Shown here piece by piece: positions 19,943-27,738 of a stretch of 64,000 bases of DNA. The notes beneath the pieces are model-generated. The model had not been told where the DNA came from. It saw nothing but the letters and a program-made list of their open reading frames with translations, and did not search any database. Numbering within the stretch: position 1 is the stretch's first letter; each line of letters starts with the position of its first letter. The stretch spans positions 1,386 through 65,385 of the forward strand of contig CANOYR010000008.1 in assembly GCA_947571655.1 (NCBI GenBank). The letters run 5' to 3'. Made by a program: the position numbers and the translations under genes. Origin of the DNA: an uncultured Bacillales bacterium (GTDB lineage Bacteria; Bacillota_I; Bacilli_A; RF39; UBA660).

Positions 19943-22261
19943 ATGACAGAAACGATAGACAAGTTAGAAGAATTATTAGTAGTCAAAAGAAATGGTAAAA
20001 AAGTGGACTTTGATAAGACAAAGATTGCTCTTGCTGTAAAGAAAGGCTTTGACAGCATTTCTAGGAAAGAGGAAGAAGATTTAGAAAAGCCTCTTTATAC
20101 TGAGAAAGATATTCAAAAAGTATATCAATCAGTAGTAAATAAAATTGAAAATGAGTATCTTTCGATTGGTAAAATTAAAATTGAAGAAATTCAGGATATG
20201 ATTGAAGAAGAACTTGAAAAAAAAGGATATCAAGATGTGTATCAGTCTTTTTCAAACTATCGTGAGAGAAGAAATCAATCTAGAAAGTCTTTCTTTGATG
20301 ATAAGAAAACACATAAATTTTTAAAATCATTAGAAAATCTTGGATTAAAATCTGCGAATGAAGAAGATGCGAAGAGAGAAAATGCAAATATTGATGGGAA
20401 TTCACCAATGGGAACTATGCTTCAATATGGTGCGACAGTTTCTAAAGAGTTTGCAAAAGCATATTTAATGAAGCCAGAATATGCAGAGGCTCATGATAAT
20501 GGGGCGATTCATATTCATGATATGGACTTCTTTGCAATGGGAACGACAACTTGTTGTCAAATCGATTTATCAAAATTGTTTAAAAATGGTTTTGATACAG
20601 GTCATGGATATGTAAGACCTCCACAAGATATTTCAACCTATGGGTCTCTTGCTGCTATTGTTATTCAAGCAAATCAAAATGATCAACATGGTGGTCAGGC
20701 AATTCCAGCACTTGATTATTATCTTGCTCCAGGAATATTAAAAACTTTTAAAAGACAATTTAAACAAATGATTTATGATTATATTGATTTGATGGGATTT
20801 TGTCCATTTATTAATATGGACCGTTTGGCTAAAGAAATTGATAAATTAGATAGTATTGAGTTTGATATTAGTGAGCTTTATAGCTTTGCGAAGGATTCTA
20901 CAAGAGTTCAAGAAATTTTAAATAAAAGTTATGAGAAGGCACTTGAGAAAACGAATCGTGCTACTTATCAAGCGATGGAGGCGTTGATTCATAATTTGAA
21001 TACGATGCATTCTAGAGCTGGTGCACAAGTACCATTTTCTTCTGTGAATTTTGGAACAGATACTACTCCAGAAGGAAGAATCGTAATTAAAAACTTTTTA
21101 TTAGCACAAGATGAAGGTTTAGGTCGTGGAGAAACTCCAATTTTTCCTGTATCTATCTTTAAAGTCAAGGAAGGAATTAATTATAATAAAGAGGATAAGA
21201 ATTATGACTTATTTCAACTTGCTTGTAAGGTATCAGCAAAAAGATTATTTCCAAACTTTTCATTTATTGATGCTCCACATAATATTGGATACTATCATCC
21301 AGGGGATCCTAATACTGAAATTTCTTACATGGGATGTCGAACTAGGGTCATTGGAGATGTTACAGACCCAAATCATGAAGTGGTTACTGGACGTGGAAAT
21401 TTATCTTGGACAACGATTAATCTTCCAAGACTTGGAATCAAATATGGGATTGCATTAAAGGAAAGAGAAACAGCCGATATGAAAGGTTTTTACCAGGAAT
21501 TAGAACAATTAATGGATATGGTAAAGGATCAATTGTTAGAAAGATTTGAAATACAGTGTAATAAAAGATGTTATAATTTTCCATTCTTATTAGGACAAGG
21601 AGTTTGGACCAATGGAGAAAAATTAAAACCGACAGATAGGTTAAGAAAAGTATGGAAACATGGGTCGCTTTCTATTGGGTTTATTGGTCTTGCAGAATGC
21701 TTGAAGGCTTTGACTGGGAAACATCATGGTGAGAGTACAGAAAGTCAGAAATTAGGTTTAGAAATGATTCGTTTTATGCGTAAAAAATGTGATCAATATT
21801 CAGAAAAGTATAATTTGAACTTTGCATGTCTTGCCACTCCAGCAGAAGGTTTGGCTGGTAGATTTACAGGAATTGATAAAGCTATTTATGGAAAAATTAA
21901 AGGAGTTACTGACCGTGCTTATTATACGAATTCTTTTCATATACCAGTATATTATAATATTAGTATTGTGGGAAAAATACAGGCAGAAGCCCCTTATCAT
22001 GAATTAACGAATGGTGGACATATTTCTTATATTGAACTTGATGGGGATGCAGCTCAAAATGTAGAAGCTTTTGAAAAAATTATTCGTATTATGAAAGAAT
22101 CAGGAATTGGGTATGGTGCGGTTAATCATCCAGTAGATAGAGATCCAGTATGTGGATATGTTGGGGTTATTCATGATGTTTGTCCAGGATGTGGAAGACG
22201 TGAGTTTGAAGGAATTCCCGTTGAGAGACTGACTGGGGAAGATTGTAGTTGTGGTAGATAA
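19943..22261 (+). CDS. nrdD: Anaerobic ribonucleoside-triphosphate reductase catalytic protein (ATP-cone plus RNR-III core plus Zn ribbon), lacking glycyl-radical tail
   Basis: ATP-cone VVKRNGKKVDFDKTKI. Class III RNR length. C-terminal Cys4 cluster CGY...CPGC...CSCG, then stop. Confidence 0.85.
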   Translation: MTETIDKLEELLVVKRNGKKVDFDKTKIALAVKKGFDSISRKEEEDLEKPLYTEKDIQKVYQSVVNKIENEYLSIGKIKIEEIQDMIEEELEKKGYQDVYQSFSNYRERRNQSRKSFFDDKKTHKFLKSLENLGLKSANEEDAKRENANIDGNSPMGTMLQYGATVSKEFAKAYLMKPEYAEAHDNGAIHIHDMDFFAMGTTTCCQIDLSKLFKNGFDTGHGYVRPPQDISTYGSLAAIVIQANQNDQHGGQAIPALDYYLAPGILKTFKRQFKQMIYDYIDLMGFCPFINMDRLAKEIDKLDSIEFDISELYSFAKDSTRVQEILNKSYEKALEKTNRATYQAMEALIHNLNTMHSRAGAQVPFSSVNFGTDTTPEGRIVIKNFLLAQDEGLGRGETPIFPVSIFKVKEGINYNKEDKNYDLFQLACKVSAKRLFPNFSFIDAPHNIGYYHPGDPNTEISYMGCRTRVIGDVTDPNHEVVTGRGNLSWTTINLPRLGIKYGIALKERETADMKGFYQELEQLMDMVKDQLLERFEIQCNKRCYNFPFLLGQGVWTNGEKLKPTDRLRKVWKHGSLSIGFIGLAECLKALTGKHHGESTESQKLGLEMIRFMRKKCDQYSEKYNLNFACLATPAEGLAGRFTGIDKAIYGKIKGVTDRAYYTNSFHIPVYYNISIVGKIQAEAPYHELTNGGHISYIELDGDAAQNVEAFEKIIRIMKESGIGYGAVNHPVDRDPVCGYVGVIHDVCPGCGRREFEGIPVERLTGEDCSCGR

Positions 22262-22306
22262 AAATCAAAAAAATAGAAAAATAAAATAAAAAAGGAGAGA
22301 TAAATA

Positions 22307-22477
22307 ATGGAAAAAGTAGTAGGAGAAGGAAAAGGATTTGAGAGAATTCGAAGAGTTACAGGATATTTAGCAGGAGATGTTTCTAGATTTAATAATGGGA
22401 AGAGAGCAGAAGAAAGAGATCGTGTAAAGCATAGTGGATATAAGGATATTTGCAAGGAAGCAAAAAAAGAAAATTAA
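22307..22477 (+). CDS. Stand-alone 56-aa NrdD glycyl-radical domain peptide (RVTGYL motif)
   Basis: Not in ORF track (<60 aa). AAAGGAGAGA RBS 7 nt upstream. MEKVVGEGKGFERIRRVTGYLAGDVSRFNNGKRAEERDRVKH matches the NrdD C-terminal glycyl radical signature (R-x-x-G-Y...FN-GK...R-x-H). Same frame as nrdD, separated by 45 nt with 4 stops. Confidence 0.5.
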   Translation: MEKVVGEGKGFERIRRVTGYLAGDVSRFNNGKRAEERDRVKHSGYKDICKEAKKEN

Positions 22478-22478
22478 G

Positions 22479-23042
22479 ATGAAAATTCGTCTAGCAGCAG
22501 ATTTACAAGCAGATAGTATTGTCGATGGTGAGGGAATTCGAACGGTTCTTTGGACCCAAGGGTGTCCTCATCATTGTCCGGGATGTCATAATCCACAGAC
22601 ACATGATTTTAATGGTGGACTTTTGGTAGATATTCAGGATGTGATGGATGCTATTTATGATTTAAAAGGACAAGATGGTCTTACGTTTTCTGGAGGAGAT
22701 CCATTTACACAATCTAAGGAGTGTTCCTTAATTGCACGTTTTGCGAAAAGTATTGGGTTCAATATTTGGTGTTATACTGGTTATACTTTTGAGCAACTTC
22801 TTGCTCTTTCTAAAAATCAACCTGAAATTATGGATTTTTTAAAAGAAATTGATATTTTAGTAGATGGAAGATTTTTATTGGCGAAGAAAAGTTATAGTGC
22901 ATTATTTCGAGGAAGTACGAATCAAAGATTGATTGATGTAAAAGAAAGTCTGAAGCAGAATCGGGTTGTTTTAAAGAAGGAGGGAGTAGAGAAATTGGAA
23001 ATTTCGTTTTCTCCTAGAAAAAGACAAGGACTCTATGTATAA
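22479..23042 (+). CDS. nrdG: Anaerobic RNR activating protein (radical SAM)
   Basis: CPHHCPGC = CxxxCxxC near the N-terminus. Immediately follows the nrdD pieces. Start chosen at ATG 22479; the track ORF's GTG at 22434 would overlap the small ORF. Confidence 0.8.
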   Translation: MKIRLAADLQADSIVDGEGIRTVLWTQGCPHHCPGCHNPQTHDFNGGLLVDIQDVMDAIYDLKGQDGLTFSGGDPFTQSKECSLIARFAKSIGFNIWCYTGYTFEQLLALSKNQPEIMDFLKEIDILVDGRFLLAKKSYSALFRGSTNQRLIDVKESLKQNRVVLKKEGVEKLEISFSPRKRQGLYV

Positions 23043-23044
23043 TA

Positions 23045-23067
23045 GAAGTGGGAACACTTCTTTTTTT
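23045..23067 (+). terminator. Rho-independent terminator between nrdG and folD
   Basis: gaagtg gga a cacttc followed by T7. Confidence 0.5.
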
Positions 23068-23086
23068 GTTTGTGGGAGGAATTTTT

Positions 23087-23926
23087 ATGAAAAATATACA
23101 GGTTTTAGATGGTAGAAAGGTACGTGATGTCCTCTTACTAGAGTTGATGGAGAAATATCAGAAACTAACAGAATCACTTCATCTTATAGTAATAAAAATT
23201 GGAAATTATCAGGAAAATGAATTATATATTAGGCAAAAGGAAAAGATGGCGAATTTTTTTAAAGTTCGTCTAACAGTACTTGCTTTTTCTGAATTTGAAT
23301 CTCAATCTATCATTTTAAAAAAAATTGAAGAGTTAAATTTGAATCCAAAAATTCATGGAATTATGATTCAGAGTCCTATTCCTAAGCATTTTTCATTTTT
23401 AGAACTCATAGATGCTGTTGATCCAATTAAGGATGTTGATGGGTTAACTTCCTTTCATCAACAATCTTTATTTAAGCAATCAATGATTCTTCCAGGTTGT
23501 GTTCGTGGTATTTTTGAATTGTTAAAATTTTATCAACTTGTTCCTAATCGACAAAATGTTGTTATTTTGGGAAAGAGTCGATTGGTTGGACTTCCTTTAG
23601 CTAAGCTGTTAGAGAAGAATAATCAAGTAATTTTGTGTGATTCTAAGACACCAGATATCGTTAGAAAAATTAAGGAAGCAGATTATATATTTATAGCCAT
23701 AGGAAAACCTTTTTGGTTGAAGAAGGAAATGATTAAACAAGGAGTGATTATCATAGATATTGGTACTACGATTGTAGATGGAAAATTATATGGAGATTGT
23801 GATTTTTTAGATGTTTTAAATCAAGTAGGAGCGATTACTCCAGTTCCAGGGGGAGTGGGACCTTTAACAGTAGTTGGTCTTTTTGAGAATTTAATGGATT
23901 TGTATCAAATACAGCATCAAGAATAA
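23087..23926 (+). CDS. folD: Bifunctional methylene-THF dehydrogenase/cyclohydrolase
   Basis: GGGAGG RBS. Typical FolD layout with the Rossmann G-x-S-x-x-G-like segment ILGKSRLVG. Confidence 0.75.
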   Translation: MKNIQVLDGRKVRDVLLLELMEKYQKLTESLHLIVIKIGNYQENELYIRQKEKMANFFKVRLTVLAFSEFESQSIILKKIEELNLNPKIHGIMIQSPIPKHFSFLELIDAVDPIKDVDGLTSFHQQSLFKQSMILPGCVRGIFELLKFYQLVPNRQNVVILGKSRLVGLPLAKLLEKNNQVILCDSKTPDIVRKIKEADYIFIAIGKPFWLKKEMIKQGVIIIDIGTTIVDGKLYGDCDFLDVLNQVGAITPVPGGVGPLTVVGLFENLMDLYQIQHQE

Positions 23927-23989
23927 TCGGATATTTTTCTTGTTTTCATAGCTTTTGTTTGATATGATATATCATTATGTGGGAGGATT

Positions 23990-25243
23990 ATGATGGATTT
24001 AGATTTTGATAAAAAAATAGAAGAGTATGAAACTTGGGTATTGACCCATGGAAAAGCACCAACTAGAAAAGAAAAAATAAAATTTTCTGATGGAATTGAT
24101 ATGCATTTTTGGATTTATAATTATCGTCGTTATATTGGCGATTTTTTAAAAGAAATTCCAGAAGAAGCATTGCCTGAAAGGTATCAAAATTTTGTGGCTA
24201 TGTGTAGAAGAATTGAAACTTTATCTGATGGGAAAATTCAATTGACAATCAGAAATGATGGAATGGCTTCTAGAATTGAGCAATATATGGAGAAGGCAAG
24301 AGAGTTGGGAAGAAGACCTTTAGCAGAGGATAATCTTTGTTTTAGGGATGGGAAAAATATGGTAAATTGGTATCATATATGTAATAGAGTATATGGGAAA
24401 ACACCTATTGAAAGTGATTTAACAGAAGAAGATAAAAATAATCTTCCTCCTTTTGTAAAGATGAAAATGCAGTTATTAAAAGAGGAATATTATAATACTC
24501 AACTTTGGAAAGTTCTTCCTTTAACATTTGAAAAACGAACAAAAGAGTATCTTGATTATTTCTGCAAAAATAAAAAGATGCCAAATCCAGAAAGAACTTT
24601 TTCAGATGGGATAAAAATGCTTGCTTGGTATCGTCATCAATTGGTATTAATTCGTTCTGAAAGAAAGAAAAAACAACTTCTTTCTAAAGTGAGACTTAAG
24701 GAAATTCAACTATTTGCTCGAATGGAAAATGAGATTTTAAAAGTGAAGGATCTTCCTGGGATTCGAAAAGTACGGATGAGTCATGAGGAAAAAATGAAAT
24801 ATTTTATAGAAAAGATTAGTAAGAAGGAATTTTGTTTAAATCGTAAAAGATTTCAATTTCCTGATGGAACGAGTGTTGCTAATTGGGTTTCTTCTCATCC
24901 ATTAGAAGTGATGGATTATCTTCCAAAATCATTATCTTTAGAGGAGCGTATTTTAGAATATTGGACGCTTGCGAAAAAAGAAGGAAAGAAATTAAATACT
25001 CGAGATCCTCGTCGATTCTCTGATTATTATAAGATGGCTCCTTGGTTAATGAATGAAGAGACTAAGGTTCGAAAAGAACGTAAAAATAATTCTTTAGTTT
25101 CTAATTTAAGAATGGGAGAACTTTATGCTTTGGCATTGCTTGATGATGCACTTTATACATTGGAGCGTCATCAATTATCTTCAAAAGAGAAAGAATCTAT
25201 GAATGATCCTATTTTAGTAAAACGACTTTCCTCTTCCCTTTAA
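23990..25243 (+). CDS. Hypothetical protein with five internal F(S/P)DG-x-x-(M/V)-x-x-W repeats
   Basis: KFSDGIDMHFW, CFRDGKNMVNW, TFSDGIKMLAW, QFPDGTSVANW, RFSDYYKMAPW spaced ~60-90 aa apart. Confidence 0.3.
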   Translation: MMDLDFDKKIEEYETWVLTHGKAPTRKEKIKFSDGIDMHFWIYNYRRYIGDFLKEIPEEALPERYQNFVAMCRRIETLSDGKIQLTIRNDGMASRIEQYMEKARELGRRPLAEDNLCFRDGKNMVNWYHICNRVYGKTPIESDLTEEDKNNLPPFVKMKMQLLKEEYYNTQLWKVLPLTFEKRTKEYLDYFCKNKKMPNPERTFSDGIKMLAWYRHQLVLIRSERKKKQLLSKVRLKEIQLFARMENEILKVKDLPGIRKVRMSHEEKMKYFIEKISKKEFCLNRKRFQFPDGTSVANWVSSHPLEVMDYLPKSLSLEERILEYWTLAKKEGKKLNTRDPRRFSDYYKMAPWLMNEETKVRKERKNNSLVSNLRMGELYALALLDDALYTLERHQLSSKEKESMNDPILVKRLSSSL

Positions 25244-25334
25244 TTATCATTTGTTTTTTCTCTGAATAAAATTTCTGATACATTAGGATAATATGTTATA
25301 ATAGAATAAAAATTATTAGAATCGAGGGAGATTT

Positions 25335-25850
25335 ATGGAGAAAAAGAATACAAAATCTGAGATTGTGAAGATGCTTTTAAATAAGAATTTGGATATTGAA
25401 GATGAAGCACAACTTTTGGATTTGTTAGTGGATCAACCAATTGCAATTGATGTAGATAAGGAAGATGAAAAAACAAAAAGACTTGGGGATAGAGTTGCTG
25501 ATAAATTAACAGCGATTGCTGGTAGTTGGTCCTTTATTATTGTATTTTTATTGTTTTTAATCTTTTGGATTGTCTTGAATCTTTTATTTGATTCTTTAGA
25601 CCCTTATCCGTTTATTTTATTAAACTTGTTGTTATCTTGTATTGCAGCTCTTCAGGCGCCAATTATTATGATGAGTCAAAATCGAGAAGCAAAAAGAGAG
25701 GTATTAAGAAGTCAAAATGATTATAAAACGGATTTAAAGAGTGAATTAATTTTGGAGGAACTTCATGATAAAATGGAAGTCATTATGAAAAATCAAGAGA
25801 AAATTTTAAGTGTTTTAAAAGAAGGAGAATCTTCAATTCATGAAAAATAA
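25335..25850 (+). CDS. DUF1003-family membrane protein
   Basis: Two TM helices plus the motif DPYPFILLNLLLS...QAPIIMMSQNR. Confidence 0.5.
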   Translation: MEKKNTKSEIVKMLLNKNLDIEDEAQLLDLLVDQPIAIDVDKEDEKTKRLGDRVADKLTAIAGSWSFIIVFLLFLIFWIVLNLLFDSLDPYPFILLNLLLSCIAALQAPIIMMSQNREAKREVLRSQNDYKTDLKSELILEELHDKMEVIMKNQEKILSVLKEGESSIHEK

Positions 25851-26487
25851 ATTTTTTATTCTACAAAATATTAAATGGATTTTCTCTTTTTTCTTTTTTT
25901 TGTTTTTCCTTTTGCTTGCGATTCGTATTTTTCAAAAGAAGGATTTTATTTTTGATCAAAAAATTATGGATTTTTTTATTCAACATCAAAGTAAGTCATT
26001 TACCATATTTTTTAAGGTGATTACAAATTTTGCAAGTACCTTTTTTTTGATTTTTCTTTGTTTTTTTATTTATCTTTGTAAGGCAACTAGAAAAGAAGGC
26101 AATTTAGTTGTAGCAAATTTAATTACGATTGTTATTCTAAATTATTTGTTAAAGTTATTTTTTACTAGGGAAAGACCATTGGGAATTTCTTTAATTAAAG
26201 AAACTGGTTATAGTTTTCCATCTGGGCATTCTGCAACCTCGATGGCTTATTTTGGATTATTTATCTATTTAATTTATCGTAGTAATTTAAGAAAATTTAT
26301 CAAATGGATTTTGATTATGTTACTTAGTCTTCTAATCCTTTTGATTGGGATTAGTAGGATTTATTTAGGAGTTCATTATCCGAGTGATGTGATTGGTGGA
26401 TTTTTCTTAGCAATTGCTTATTTAATTTTATTTACACATTTGATATTTGTTTATCGAAAGAAAAAGGTTATTTCTAGTAGTATTTAG
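25840..26487 (+). CDS. PAP2-family lipid phosphatase
   Basis: PAP2 motifs KxxxxxxRP (KLFFTRERP), PSGH (SFPSGHS), SRxxxxxHxxxD (SRIYLGVHYPSD). Confidence 0.7.
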   Translation: MKNKFFILQNIKWIFSFFFFLFFLLLAIRIFQKKDFIFDQKIMDFFIQHQSKSFTIFFKVITNFASTFFLIFLCFFIYLCKATRKEGNLVVANLITIVILNYLLKLFFTRERPLGISLIKETGYSFPSGHSATSMAYFGLFIYLIYRSNLRKFIKWILIMLLSLLILLIGISRIYLGVHYPSDVIGGFFLAIAYLILFTHLIFVYRKKKVISSSI

Positions 26488-26512
26488 AGTAATTTGATGG
26501 AGGTGAAGTTTT

Positions 26513-27244
26513 ATGTCTAGGAAAAAAATTAAGAAAAAGAAAAAGTTTCAGATTTCTAGTTGGGTTATGGTTGTTTTGGCAATTTTGTTTACGGTTTTAA
26601 TGGTTGATTTGTTGTTTGGAATTTCCTTTGATAGAACTCTTTATCAAGTAGATCATGAAATATCTTTGGAGATTCCAAAGTTTATGAGTGTTTCATCGAA
26701 AGAAGAAGGAAAAATAAAGTTTCGTACTTATCGTAGTGTAGCAGCTATTTCTAAAGATATGAAAAGAATTTGTAAAGATTATCAAAAAATTTCTTGTTCG
26801 AATATTGATTATTATCAAAATGAAGAGAAAGATTATACCATTACTTATAAAATTTGTCGAGGTCTCCTTTCTAATTATTTAACGATTGATTATCAAAAAG
26901 GAAAAGTTACTTGTAATTTTTCAAATCAAGAGGAGAATCTTTCAAAAAATTGTAAATTTACAAGAACTTATTATTTGGATTTTATCAAACAAACTTCAGA
27001 TAGTGAAAAAATCTATGCGACATTAAGTGAATATCAAGGAAGTACAGAAACCGTGGAGATTTCTAGTATATGGCAAGAAGTTTTAGTGGTTGGTTATCAT
27101 TATGAATTTACTTTTGAGCAGATTGGGGAGAAAAAGGCAAATGAATCAAATTTTTCTGATATTTTTCAATCTTATGTTATAGTTGATATTCAACCTACCT
27201 CACTCTTAGGATTGGAACAAAAACAAGAACCAATATGTGAATGA
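26513..27244 (+). CDS. Hypothetical membrane-anchored protein
   Basis: N-terminal TM helix. No family recognised. Confidence 0.3.
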   Translation: MSRKKIKKKKKFQISSWVMVVLAILFTVLMVDLLFGISFDRTLYQVDHEISLEIPKFMSVSSKEEGKIKFRTYRSVAAISKDMKRICKDYQKISCSNIDYYQNEEKDYTITYKICRGLLSNYLTIDYQKGKVTCNFSNQEENLSKNCKFTRTYYLDFIKQTSDSEKIYATLSEYQGSTETVEISSIWQEVLVVGYHYEFTFEQIGEKKANESNFSDIFQSYVIVDIQPTSLLGLEQKQEPICE

Positions 27245-27452
27245 TGAATTTCACTTGTTCAATATTTTTATAAATTTTCTTATTTTAGAAAAATAAAAAA
27301 GTTCTACACTTTTATTTTTGCATATGATATAATGTAGGTGTGAATTATCACAGATCATTTTTAAAACTAATTATTTTATTTCTTCTGAGTGGTCAAAGGA
27401 TAGATAAATCAGGGTTAAAAAGGTCCAAATATGTAAAGAAGGAGGAAATAAA

Positions 27453-27647
27453 ATGTCAGAATATCAAGATAAAACAATTACTTGTATCGATTGTGGGGAA
27501 GAATTTGTTTTTACTGCTAGAGATCAAGAATTTTATGCAGAAAAAGGATTTAATAATGAACCAAAAAGATGTAAAGCTTGCCGTGATAAGAAAAAGGCAG
27601 AAAGAAATGAACGTTTTCCAAATGAGAATAGAAAAGAAGAAAATTAA
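27453..27647 (+). CDS. Small zinc-ribbon protein (zf-trcl-like CxxC...CxxC)
   Basis: CIDCGEEFVFTARDQEFYAEKGFNNEPKRCKACR. Strong RBS AAGGAGGAAA. Confidence 0.5.
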   Translation: MSEYQDKTITCIDCGEEFVFTARDQEFYAEKGFNNEPKRCKACRDKKKAERNERFPNENRKEEN

Positions 27648-27738
27648 TTTTCTTTTTTTATTTTGATAAATAGTTGTTTTTTCTTTTTCTTTTTTTGGTA
27701 TAATACTCTTAGTGCTTGTAATAGTATATAGGAAGGTG

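Noticed and set aside
27340-27666. 108-aa ORF overlapping the 64-aa zinc-ribbon gene in another frame
   Set aside because: It has no RBS, Lys/Ile-rich low-complexity translation and spans the promoter region. The 64-aa zinc-ribbon ORF has a strong RBS and a conserved CxxC...CxxC pattern.
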